A stretch of DNA of 64,000 nucleotides, from positions 32,001 to 96,000 of the IMG/VR virus record IMGVR_UViG_3300005077_000003; one strand, given 5' to 3'. This stretch comes from a virus. Below are positions 1-8,809 of this stretch, one piece after another. Position numbers and translations under genes: made by a program. Position 1 is the first letter of the stretch. Every line of letters begins with the position of its first letter. The notes beneath the pieces were generated by a model. That model had not been told where the DNA came from. It saw only the letters and a list, made by a program, of their open reading frames with translations, and did not search any database.

Positions 1-311
1 TTCTCACCATTTGATTTCTCAAATGGGGCACCTGCTTCAAGCCAGCTATGTAGTCTTGCGTGTTGTGATTTAGTTAGGATTAGTAAATTAGAGCACCTAT
101 TATCTTCCCTAATACCATTTAGGTGATGTACAACTTCATCTTTATGAAGTTGTCTTCCTAATGATTGTTCGGCAAAATAAATGTGTTCATATACCCATCC
201 TAGCCAGTTCTCACACTTCATCGAGCTTGGGTGATCTGGCATATATATCACCCGATACCCGTTTAATATTCGGACTTTTATAGCTAACTCGTTAGATTCT
301 TGTTCTTTCAT
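1..311 (-). CDS. HNH homing endonuclease (3' end off window; not in ORF track)
   Basis: Manual translation: MKEQESNELAIKVRILNGYRVIYMPDHP...YEHIYFAEQSLGRQLHKDEVVHHLNGIREDNRCSNLLILTKSQHARLH, a typical phage HNH pattern. Open to position 1. Confidence 0.88.
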   Translation of the reverse strand, partial: MKEQESNELAIKVRILNGYRVIYMPDHPSSMKCENWLGWVYEHIYFAEQSLGRQLHKDEVVHHLNGIREDNRCSNLLILTKSQHARLHSWLEAGAPFEKSNGE

Positions 312-359
312 GCAGATATTATCGTAACATCTACATGTGAACCTTAAACCTAAGTTCAG

Positions 360-396
360 ATGAGGCGATTGCTCTAACCGACTGAGCTAAGAGCCC
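360..396 (-). tRNA. tRNA-Ile2/Met (CAU), 5' half only, interrupted immediately after the anticodon
   Basis: Minus strand GGGCTCT-TA-GCTC-AGTCGGTTA-GAGC-A-ATCGC-CT-CAT, then non-tRNA sequence. D-arm is perfect and the sequence resembles bacterial Ile2 tRNAs. The 3' half is not in the window. Confidence 0.8.
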
Positions 397-460
397 TTAT
401 TTTTAAAGATCTTACTACGATTACTTAAAAGAGTATACCAGAAGGAGAAATTTTCATTCG

Positions 461-1063
461 TTAAATCGTTTCATTAATCATCATTCTTCGGACCATATTA
501 GTAATACCAGGATTTACATATGATTTAATTACTGGTACTACATGACTGCGCAAATTAGTGCGCAGATCGTCTCCTACGCTACTAATAGTAGTAATAGAAT
601 TGCGATCGCACCAACTGATAAACCTATACTTAGGAGTAAGTCTAAATGGTCTAAAGATGAATGTGTCATATTTTTCAGAGTATCTAAAGTACGGGATAAC
701 ACTAGAAAACCCCCTTTTTAGTGTGCTAATAATATATTCTTCTACACAGTCATCAAGATGATGACAAGTAATTACTGGTATATTTTGACTATGCAACCAT
801 TCATATCTCTCTTCCCTAAAGTAAGCTTCAGAAGTATCTGAGCTATCTAAAATAACTCCTTCTTTATAAGAAAGATGGTGCGTACCACAATAATTTAAAA
901 CGATTTCTCTGCCTTTCCTGCTTTCCTGAGTTCCATGGTGAAAGAATAGTGCGGTTACTTCCTTTTTCCCCTTTCGTAAAAAGTCAAGTACCGCCATACT
1001 ATCAGGCCCACCACTAACAGCTACTCCTACTTTATTAGGGATGGTTCCTTGGATTTTAATCAT
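461..1063 (-). CDS. tilS: tRNA(Ile)-lysidine synthetase, N-terminal PP-loop domain only
   Basis: VAVSGGPDS PP-loop, FFHHG, R..RY, TCHHLDDCVE, RPF, RTNLRSHVVP motifs. 200 aa, lacks the usual C-terminal domains. Confidence 0.85.
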   Translation of the reverse strand: MIKIQGTIPNKVGVAVSGGPDSMAVLDFLRKGKKEVTALFFHHGTQESRKGREIVLNYCGTHHLSYKEGVILDSSDTSEAYFREERYEWLHSQNIPVITCHHLDDCVEEYIISTLKRGFSSVIPYFRYSEKYDTFIFRPFRLTPKYRFISWCDRNSITTISSVGDDLRTNLRSHVVPVIKSYVNPGITNMVRRMMINETI

Positions 1064-1425
1064 TTTCTCTTATTCCTTCCTTCATCCATTAATACCATCG
1101 CTTGGCAAGCTTCTAGCAATGTTTTAACATGATTAGGATACAAGAAAAACTCTACTATTTCTCTTTCACATTGTCCACAATATATTACATTATAGCCCAT
1201 TAGTTCTTCTTCAGTCATACTAGGAATGAAGAATATATCAGAGTTCATAAAGCAATCATCGTCACAATGAGCAGATAGTATTTCTGGATATTCTTCTTGT
1301 AACTTGAATAATGCTTCTGCTGCATCAAGTGGAGATAAATCTTCTATTGCTCTTTTTGCTTTATGAATTAGCCAATGTAGTTTAGAAGTTCTATCTACAA
1401 AATCTAAAGGGTTATCTTCTTTCAT
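1060..1425 (-). CDS. hypothetical protein
   Basis: 121-aa ORF, 4-nt overlap with tilS start. Confidence 0.7.
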   Translation of the reverse strand: MKEDNPLDFVDRTSKLHWLIHKAKRAIEDLSPLDAAEALFKLQEEYPEILSAHCDDDCFMNSDIFFIPSMTEEELMGYNVIYCGQCEREIVEFFLYPNHVKTLLEACQAMVLMDEGRNKRK

Positions 1426-1635
1426 TTATAATCTACCCATTGTTCGATGTAAATACTCTCTCCGCCAGTAGTTCCATCCTCATTAAGAATAACATTACCT
1501 ATACCTGTAAAGGGATATACTTTTGCATAATATCTCCCTTCCTAGTTCACTAGGCATAGGACATTCGCTTTCTTTCATCCAACGCGGGCTTTTTTGTTCA
1601 TTTTGCCTTGTTAATCTTTATTATAATACTTATAT

Positions 1636-1914
1636 TCAAGTGGTTTTTTCTTCTAAAAGATCATTAATTTGATCTTTTAGCTTTCTAAGCATTCCTTCTG
1701 TAGTAAAAATAGATTCGTGTCCTTTAGGAGAGTCTTCTGCAATATTTTCTGGGACTTCTCCAAAAGGGAACCAGCCCCAAGAAAGCTGGTATATCTTTTC
1801 TGTTCTATCAGAATATGTATCCAAACGCTCAAATCTTACATAAATAGGCCAATAAAAATCTCTATTAGTAAGTTCTACGTAATTATTTTCTTCTTTATTC
1901 ATCTTTAGTCCCAC
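1636..1914 (-). CDS. hypothetical protein
   Basis: 92-aa ORF in the co-oriented gene run. Confidence 0.6.
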   Translation of the reverse strand: MGLKMNKEENNYVELTNRDFYWPIYVRFERLDTYSDRTEKIYQLSWGWFPFGEVPENIAEDSPKGHESIFTTEGMLRKLKDQINDLLEEKTT

Positions 1915-1989
1915 AAATCAAAAATGTCCCGATAGCTTTTTCAAAAAAATCCAGTTTATTTCTCAATTTTTCTTAGATTATCAGGAATA

Positions 1990-2289
1990 TTATTTATGGA
2001 ATCCACGGTCATTATTAAGATAGTTAACCATTTCCTCTTTACTCAAATTATTCCACATACTATTTTGGTCTCCAAAAATTCTATAATTATTTAAAAGGAA
2101 ACCAGAAATATAAAACCTTCCACACATTTCAATTAGATACCGAGGATAACCCTTCATAAAGAACTTAAAACCAGGTTTAATATCATCAATAGAAAATATA
2201 GGTTCTGCTTTTCCTAATTCTTTTTTAGCTTCTTCTAGTTCACGCTCAGCGGCTTCAATGCGTTTTTTGATTTCTTCTACGTTCTTCAT
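1990..2289 (-). CDS. hypothetical protein with N-terminal coiled coil
   Basis: 99-aa ORF overlapping the upstream stop. Confidence 0.65.
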   Translation of the reverse strand: MKNVEEIKKRIEAAERELEEAKKELGKAEPIFSIDDIKPGFKFFMKGYPRYLIEMCGRFYISGFLLNNYRIFGDQNSMWNNLSKEEMVNYLNNDRGFHK

Positions 2290-2705
2290 TAATTAATCTC
2301 CGGGAAAGTTACACAATGCCTACACCCTTCAACCTCAGTAGCCAAAAGCTTTTCTCTAAATCTCTTTACTTCTGTAGAGTGCCAGACATCAATAAAAGAA
2401 TCAAATTCCAGTACGTTTACAGGTTTCCAATCTAGCTCATTCTCTGAGAAGCTGCAATTCCAATACTCCCCAAGCACATTAATATAAGCAGAGAATAAAG
2501 AACTTTCACAGCTTTCAGAGAGAGAAAGGTATCTTTGTAGCTCCCCTTCATTTAGTTCCCCTGAGATATTTTTAATAGCGGCTTCAAATTTTGGAGCAGA
2601 GCAACTATCAAAACCAATTAGCCTTCCTTGAACTTTTCCTTTTTCAGTGGCTACGATAAAAGAACTACTAGAACTGTTACTTACAAATCCGTTTCTAATT
2701 TTCAT
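2289..2705 (-). CDS. conserved phage hypothetical protein (MKIRxGFVSNSSSSSF family)
   Basis: MKIRNGFVSNSSSSSFIV N-terminal motif places the start at 2705 rather than 2726. Confidence 0.75.
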   Translation of the reverse strand: MKIRNGFVSNSSSSSFIVATEKGKVQGRLIGFDSCSAPKFEAAIKNISGELNEGELQRYLSLSESCESSLFSAYINVLGEYWNCSFSENELDWKPVNVLEFDSFIDVWHSTEVKRFREKLLATEVEGCRHCVTFPEIN

Positions 2706-2940
2706 AAATTTTATCCCAATTAGCAATTTTTTCAGGAAGACTTTTTGCTTTAATTAGAGTTAAAGTAGAAGAATAGCCATCTGACCAAACTAATCTATCA
2801 TGCATGATTAGGTTGTTCTAAAGTCCAACCAGAGCTTTCTACAAATATTAGAGCTTTGTCTATTGCATCCTTATAAGTATCAAAAGGCCCATAGCGTTTA
2901 TCGTTATATATAATTACATACATTTTATTTTACCTAGTAG

Positions 2941-3027
2941 TGGTGGCCAGTGGGGGACTCGAACCCCCACGCCCAAAAGGACATTAGATTTTGAATCTAA
3001 CGCGGCTGCCGATTACGCCAACTGGCC
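2941..3027 (-). tRNA. tRNA-Leu(CAA)
   Basis: GGCCAGT/ACTGGCC acceptor stem, TTAGA-TTCAAAA-TCTAA anticodon arm, long variable arm, GGGGG-TTCGAGT-CCCCC T-arm, encoded ACCA end. Confidence 0.95.
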
Positions 3028-3044
3028 ACATTACAAATATTTTA

Positions 3045-3413
3045 TTATCTTACTATCTCTCTAATTATTTTGCCATTTTTAGTTGTATACAAAACTCTTT
3101 TGATACCTGCCTCTTTAATTCGTTTCATACAATCTTTACATGGTCTACTCATTTGAGTACCATTTAATCTACAAACAAAAAGTTTGGCGCCTACCAGAGA
3201 AATGCCGCGATTTTCCGCCCAATCAATTGCCATCATCTCGGCATGTCTACCATTAGAATAACCACCACCTCTTGGGTGAGGCGTATAATCATTGTACCCA
3301 GTAGATAGTATTCTACCACCCTTGTAGATTACACAGCCATGTTTAGATTGTCTACACGGGTCACCCTCCTGTTCAGCTACTTTCTGTGCTTTGTTCTTGA
3401 TCTTTTTCTTCAT
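3045..3413 (-). CDS. dCMP/cytidine deaminase family protein
   Basis: KHGCVI..GGRILSTGYN, HAE and PCKDC zinc motifs, GIKRVLY. Start uncertain (3413 or 3431). Confidence 0.85.
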   Translation of the reverse strand: MKKKIKNKAQKVAEQEGDPCRQSKHGCVIYKGGRILSTGYNDYTPHPRGGGYSNGRHAEMMAIDWAENRGISLVGAKLFVCRLNGTQMSRPCKDCMKRIKEAGIKRVLYTTKNGKIIREIVR

Positions 3414-3836
3414 GTAATTTCTTTTGTTCATTCCAATAATTCATAGCTGATATCATATTTTCATCTTTAGCTTTTCTTTCAGGGCCACATGCTAAAAACA
3501 ATTGTTTTACTTTATCTGATTTAATATTATCTAAGTAAGGTGCTTGTGGCCTCATTCCTCTTACTTTTGAAGCAAATAGATCAGACAAATAAATATATGC
3601 ATAATCAAAGTCATCTTTTCCGTCTTCATCTAGAGCATTCCTTGCTTCTTCTAAAAGATGGACATTTTCTGGCGTAACTTCTTCACAATCTGCAGAAGCT
3701 ACACCAAAAAGTATCATTACAAATTGCTAAGATCCTAAATTTAGTTTCATCTCTTGGTCCATAACGCCAAAAGAATTGTTCTCCACAGAATGTGGTAGCA
3801 TCAAAAAAACCTTTGATAAGGTTCTAGTTTATCCAT
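3373..3836 (-). pseudogene. phage hypothetical protein apparently broken by two +1 homopolymer indels (or sequencing errors)
   Basis: MDKLEPYQRFF + DATTF...ICNDTF + GVASADCEEVTPEN...RGMRPQ...LFLACGPER join into one frame if the T7 and T5 runs (minus strand) are each one base shorter. Confidence 0.5.
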
Positions 3837-3848
3837 GATATAAAATTA

Positions 3849-3878
3849 GAAGACCCGGAGTAAAACTTCCGGGTCTTC
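3849..3878. terminator. intrinsic terminator-like hairpin
   Basis: gaagacccgga...tccgggtcttc inverted repeat downstream of the 3903-4595 gene. Confidence 0.65.
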
Positions 3879-3902
3879 CTTCTAAACTATGTAGATGATG
3901 TT

Positions 3903-4595
3903 CTAGGTCCCGTAAGTTACAATAACAGTAATTTCTTCAGTACCATTATTTGATGCTGAGAAAGAACCACCACTAAAAACGGATTTATATTCACTTTCTG
4001 CATGGAGATACAGTCCGTCTCCATTCTTCAATCCGTCAAGGATGGTAGAGTCTGTAATTACGGATCCTACGGTAAAATCACTAATAGACTGCTCAGTTTG
4101 TCCACCAGAACCAGTAAAATCTGGATTTGATCCATCGTAATCTGTTACACCATCATAAGGCCCTACAGGATCATAACTTGCTCTTACGGTTACGCATTTT
4201 TGAACATCAAAGAAGTCTTTGTGAGTTGCTAAAGTATTAGAAGGACTTGTCCAATAAGCTCTATATTTAACAAAAGCATCCCCCTCAGTACCTAATTCAG
4301 ACGGGTAAGGGAACCTTCCCCATGCTTGGTAGTCCCATGATTGATATCCTGCGGCAGACGACATACCAAGGCCTTCTACTCCTGACCACCAATATACATC
4401 TGCTGCAATAGTAACTTTGACCCAAGTAGCATTTGCTGGAAGATCTCCAATATCTACCCAAGGGTCTGAACACCAACCAGGGTTACTAAGTGTTACCCTA
4501 ATTGTTCCTGGAATAGGTGTTGGTGATGTAAAAGAACACAAAGTGAGCGTAGCCGTAGTTGCTAGCGTAGCAAGTGACAAAATTAGTTTCTTCAT
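3903..4595 (-). CDS. secreted protein, choice-of-anchor E-like
   Basis: N-terminal signal peptide MKKLILSLATLATTATLTL and a YDGVTDYDGS..DFTGSGG motif. Confidence 0.6.
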   Translation of the reverse strand: MKKLILSLATLATTATLTLCSFTSPTPIPGTIRVTLSNPGWCSDPWVDIGDLPANATWVKVTIAADVYWWSGVEGLGMSSAAGYQSWDYQAWGRFPYPSELGTEGDAFVKYRAYWTSPSNTLATHKDFFDVQKCVTVRASYDPVGPYDGVTDYDGSNPDFTGSGGQTEQSISDFTVGSVITDSTILDGLKNGDGLYLHAESEYKSVFSGGSFSASNNGTEEITVIVTYGT

Positions 4596-4598
4596 ATG

Positions 4599-5960
4599 TT
4601 AAACAGAATCCTCCCAAACTTCTCTAGGTAGATAGTTCATTGGCTGGCTACCGCCAGCATCCACTTGTCTTGCAGAACCCATCGTTAACCAATATTCTAA
4701 TGTTTCTCCAATAAGATCTTTGAACATTAAATGTGTAAAAGGAACCTTATCTCCAGTACGCCTACCATCAGGAGTAATATATTTCTGAGGATAGGTGCCA
4801 ACAAAGTTCATTAAATTATCATATTGAACTTGTAAACCTGGTCTTAATTTCATAGCTAAAGCTAAGAAATGTAATTCAAAACACGCAGCTATTTCTATTC
4901 CAGGCATAGATGGTTGCATAGTTGTCATATATGGAGATGGACAACTACCAGATGCTGCAAGTTTCACTATATCTTCTAATAATTGAGAAAACTCTGATTC
5001 TGGTTCTAATGTCCATACTAATCTAGCGACGTGAGCAAACTCACGTCCTAGTCTATAGCTGGGGCCGGGATTTTCCTCTAAGTGATCTTTTATTTGCCTA
5101 GCTGTCCAATAATAGCTAGGTTCATAGTCTCTATTTGGATCAGGATACCAAGCTAATTTTAAGTGATTCATTAGCCAACTAAGATAGTCTTTGGCAAATG
5201 GATCATCTTTAAATATTAAGGCGGCCCGGTATGCTCTATGGAAATGCTGGCCGTCATGTCTTTGGTACTCTGCTAAATTCCTAACTCCCTGCCACCATTC
5301 TGCAGCACAATCTAAATCATAACTATATCCAGCAGGTGGTATAATAGTTTGTAGACTATACTTTGGTGAAGATTTCCAACCTGGATTTGCATACTCATCT
5401 AAATAATATGCAATTGGATTACGCTGTGCTGTTGCAAGCATTTCATCCCAGGCTCTTTTATAGCCTGTTGCATGCATACGCCATCCAAACCAGTTTGGGT
5501 CTATTCCTTGTCCGCCATACATCCATCCTAAATGGTGCCAATATAAATTATATGGACCAATAGTAGCTAATGCTATTGGATGTGAAACCATCTTCCCTTC
5601 AGACCATGTCGGGCACTTTAAAATAGGATACTTGGCTTCAAAGTAATTTTTTGGATTGCCCGACCAGAAGGTTTTTGTCCATATACCTCCTGGCAATATA
5701 CCCCACTTATCACTATGGATATATGATTCACCACCATCTATCCTAATTGAAATCCCTTGTAATGGTGCAAAATCATTGTTTTCTTGACCATTAACAATTG
5801 CTATTGTGTGTTTATATGTTCCACCAGCTTCATCTCTGTAAACTATGACGTTAAGACCGTTTAGTATTTGTGCATTACGTTCTGCGTTTCTACCAGTAGT
5901 TATTTTGTGTCTTTTGCCAAATTCATCAGTAAATGAAGCCCTCAAAAGGGGCTCTTTCAT
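4599..5960 (-). CDS. hypothetical protein (Trp/Tyr-rich, 453 aa)
   Basis: Long ORF tightly packed between neighbours; no family recognised. Confidence 0.8.
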   Translation of the reverse strand: MKEPLLRASFTDEFGKRHKITTGRNAERNAQILNGLNVIVYRDEAGGTYKHTIAIVNGQENNDFAPLQGISIRIDGGESYIHSDKWGILPGGIWTKTFWSGNPKNYFEAKYPILKCPTWSEGKMVSHPIALATIGPYNLYWHHLGWMYGGQGIDPNWFGWRMHATGYKRAWDEMLATAQRNPIAYYLDEYANPGWKSSPKYSLQTIIPPAGYSYDLDCAAEWWQGVRNLAEYQRHDGQHFHRAYRAALIFKDDPFAKDYLSWLMNHLKLAWYPDPNRDYEPSYYWTARQIKDHLEENPGPSYRLGREFAHVARLVWTLEPESEFSQLLEDIVKLAASGSCPSPYMTTMQPSMPGIEIAACFELHFLALAMKLRPGLQVQYDNLMNFVGTYPQKYITPDGRRTGDKVPFTHLMFKDLIGETLEYWLTMGSARQVDAGGSQPMNYLPREVWEDSV

Positions 5961-5963
5961 GAA

Positions 5964-7298
5964 TTAAAGTATTTCCTGTTTTATTCTAAGATTATTTTGT
6001 TTATCAAGGTTCAATAGATAAGAATCTCTATCCCAGTTGTTTGTAATACGATTGCATCTATCTACTAATTCCGCTTGTGATATTTCATCGCTATAACATG
6101 TATCGTTAAAAGCTTTATTGAATACATCAGCATCTTGTTTAAAAACATTTACCCAAATAGAATGTGCTTGTTCTCTTGTTAACCTATTAAACTTAATAAT
6201 ATCAAATAGTCTGCCTTTGCGCAAAATAGCATCGTCTAGATTGGATATAACTTGGTTTGTTGCAATAATAATCTTGTTATCAAAAGAGCTAAATACACCT
6301 TGGCCAAATGTAAGTATGCTGTTTAAAACATTATTTCTAGAAGAGCCATTGGCTGGCTTCTTTAATAGAGAAGCATCAAAATCATCAAATATCAGTAAGT
6401 GAGTATCATCTGTTGCCATACTTGTCCAAAATTCTTGGTTATTAATGACATTTTCATCTTTTGTATAGGTACATACAATATCTCTTTTGTATGCTTCTAC
6501 ACATATTTTCCTAATAAACGATGTTTTACCCGTACCTGGTATGCCTTCTAAGATTAATATAGGTGCATCACTACTAAAAAATATGCTTATTAGTTTGTCT
6601 ACATTTAGCTCTGGATACAATTCATCAGTATATTTAAAAGCTTTAAGTTCTTTTAGAATGGAACAAGTTTGTAAACCATAATTATTAACATAACTTACAT
6701 TTATACTAAATGAATTTTGTTTATCTTCTTCTTTAATTTCAAAATGTAAGGTTAAATATTCTAATATTTCACTGCCAATAGTTTCATTATTGCACATTAC
6801 AATAATGGGGAGAACTGTGGTTTCTTTTGCATCTTTATCAAGTAATACTTCTGTATTCCCCAACGCTATGACAAAATCAACTTGATGCTTGTAAATATTT
6901 TTAATGGAGACTCTAATATATTTATATTTGTTATCGTTTAAGTTAAGGGAGATTGGATCATCATAAGAAAACTTATCAGAATTAGGACTTCCTACGTCTA
7001 GTCCAAACTTTTGACGTATATACTTTACATTTTTATAAAGAAATGAAAATGAACTAGCATTTTGTTCTTTATCAATAAATGATCTAATATATTTTAATTG
7101 TGTATAAATAACAGACCTATACCACAATTCCCTATTAGGATCAACAGTTAGCGTAAACTCATTATTAAATCCTTCCATACTATATGTGTATGAAACAGAG
7201 TTACATAAAGGAAGTGATTCTTTGCTAATAAAAGTATTAAGTAAATCAACTGCATCTTTGTCGGTCATTTTAAGTTTCTTTTTTCTTTTAGTTGACAT
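5964..7298 (-). CDS. AAA+ ATPase
   Basis: Walker A GIPGTGKT, Walker B LLIFDDFD, sensor IIIATN, LDDAILRKGR arginine-finger region. Confidence 0.9.
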   Translation of the reverse strand: MSTKRKKKLKMTDKDAVDLLNTFISKESLPLCNSVSYTYSMEGFNNEFTLTVDPNRELWYRSVIYTQLKYIRSFIDKEQNASSFSFLYKNVKYIRQKFGLDVGSPNSDKFSYDDPISLNLNDNKYKYIRVSIKNIYKHQVDFVIALGNTEVLLDKDAKETTVLPIIVMCNNETIGSEILEYLTLHFEIKEEDKQNSFSINVSYVNNYGLQTCSILKELKAFKYTDELYPELNVDKLISIFFSSDAPILILEGIPGTGKTSFIRKICVEAYKRDIVCTYTKDENVINNQEFWTSMATDDTHLLIFDDFDASLLKKPANGSSRNNVLNSILTFGQGVFSSFDNKIIIATNQVISNLDDAILRKGRLFDIIKFNRLTREQAHSIWVNVFKQDADVFNKAFNDTCYSDEISQAELVDRCNRITNNWDRDSYLLNLDKQNNLRIKQEIL

Positions 7299-7315
7299 AT
7301 TGTATGTTAATAAAA

Positions 7316-7343
7316 ATAGGCAGGACTTTTTGAATCCTGCCTA
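7316..7343 (-). terminator. intrinsic terminator
   Basis: Minus strand taggcagga...tcctgccta followed by ttttt. Confidence 0.65.
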
Positions 7344-7394
7344 TAAGTGGAGTTTTTCTCTCCACGGCGAAGAACCTTGCCTACGAAGGCGAGG

Positions 7395-8180
7395 TTAGTT
7401 TCTATAGTAGATTATTTCTCCCTTCAGTGTTGCATGTGAAGCGTAATATACTTCAGTCAACCCAATAATTGATGCAGTAAATGCTGTCCAGCCTTGACAA
7501 TCCAATTGCAGTCTAATGGTTGGAGTGGTAACACTTACTTGTATTGGTTCTCCATATACAAATGGATCACTACCTTGAACATCATGGTGACTTCCACCGC
7601 TAGTTCCTTTGTAGTCTTTTACTCCATCAGCTGGTGTATAAGGAAATACATTTTCGCTATTGTAGGCATATGCAATTTTGCCATATGATCTGGCTGCATC
7701 TACCAACTGATATGTGGTATTCCCTACTACCATAGATAGCGTACAATCCCAATGATTGTCAGAGATTTCATCTAGGTCATCTCTGTCAGGCCAATGTTTA
7801 TTATTATGATTTGGCCAATACCATCCTGCTGCTAGCTTTCCTTTAGCGTAAGTATCATAGTTCATATACTCAATGCCAATAAACCAGTCTACCTCTAGAT
7901 CTACACCAGCTTGTAAGCTAGTATAAGTTCCCCATTCTGGTTTAAAACCTGGAAAGACTAGTGTTGTAGGAAAACAACAAGATGCTGGATCATGTACAAT
8001 AAATGGGATTACTACTTTAGTTGGATCAGACAAGTCTGGAGTACCAATTTCTACATTTTCATTACTCCATTCTTTATTACTTTGTAATTGAATAATTTCA
8101 GACTCTACTCTTGGTAGAATAGAAAAATATGTTTTTGTGTTAACTAAAGGTAGTACAGTAAGTAGGCTTAAAAAAATCAT
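7395..8180 (-). CDS. secreted/surface protein, choice-of-anchor E-like (paralogue of 3903-4595)
   Basis: Hydrophobic N-terminus; PYTPADGVKDYKGTSGG parallels PYDGVTDYDGS..SGG. Confidence 0.55.
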   Translation of the reverse strand: MIFLSLLTVLPLVNTKTYFSILPRVESEIIQLQSNKEWSNENVEIGTPDLSDPTKVVIPFIVHDPASCCFPTTLVFPGFKPEWGTYTSLQAGVDLEVDWFIGIEYMNYDTYAKGKLAAGWYWPNHNNKHWPDRDDLDEISDNHWDCTLSMVVGNTTYQLVDAARSYGKIAYAYNSENVFPYTPADGVKDYKGTSGGSHHDVQGSDPFVYGEPIQVSVTTPTIRLQLDCQGWTAFTASIIGLTEVYYASHATLKGEIIYYRN

Positions 8181-8224
8181 TTTATTTTTTTTCTATGGGT
8201 AAATTCATAGGTGTAACTTATGAT

Positions 8225-8520
8225 GATATGCTGGTTTTATGCAGTAAAACCAGCAAAACTGCTTGGTTGATTTTTAATGTAAGTGACCCAGACGAACACC
8301 AAGAAACTTGGGTTTTACAATAGTAGGGATGAAGTTAACTTCAACCTACGCTGGAACTCTAGAAGTGGAATAGTGTATCGTTTAGGGGCTATTCCTACCC
8401 GCCGTACATATTGTACGATCTTTCTTATACCACAACTTCTAGAGTTATTTGGCGGCAGCCTTAGCTGATGGTAACACTGTTATGATGACCATGGAATATA
8501 ACTATCTAAATACCATCAGC
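8225..8520 (-). ncRNA. cluster of stable hairpins in non-coding DNA
   Basis: tgctggtttt/aaaaccagca, actctagaagt/acttctagagt and gctgatggta/taccatcagc stems; no credible ORF. Confidence 0.4.
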
Positions 8521-8529
8521 CTTATACAG

Positions 8530-8800
8530 GCTAGCATGGTCTAGGGCTGCCCACCTGTGCTAATTGGTAGGACCCGCTACGTCAGCGCACTGACACCGGG
8601 GCTTAGGGATTTTGCTGCATCCCTGCTGCGGCCGAACCTACCTCACCCTCCTAGTTATCCCTAATTCTAGGTTTAATGGCTGTTAGGGCAGCCTCCCCGT
8701 TGTTCACCCAGCAGGGATCTGGGAAGTTGAGAAGATACTAGCCTTATCCATCCTCTTGTGGACTAGTTCATCAAGAGGCCTCGCTCTCAACTGTGTCATT
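8530..8800 (-). ncRNA. multibranch structured RNA of unknown class
   Basis: Nested stems ggctgccc(8545-8552)/gggcagcc(8686-8693), ggtagg/cctacc, ccgc/gcgg, agggat/atccct, gtcag/ctgac, agttgaga/tctcaact, cctcttg/caagagg. Confidence 0.55.
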
Positions 8801-8809
8801 AGATGTAAA

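Noticed and set aside
360-396. CATCTG/TAGATG pairing as the group I P1 helix
   Set aside because: It places U-A rather than the required U-G at the splice site, so P1 is left unassigned
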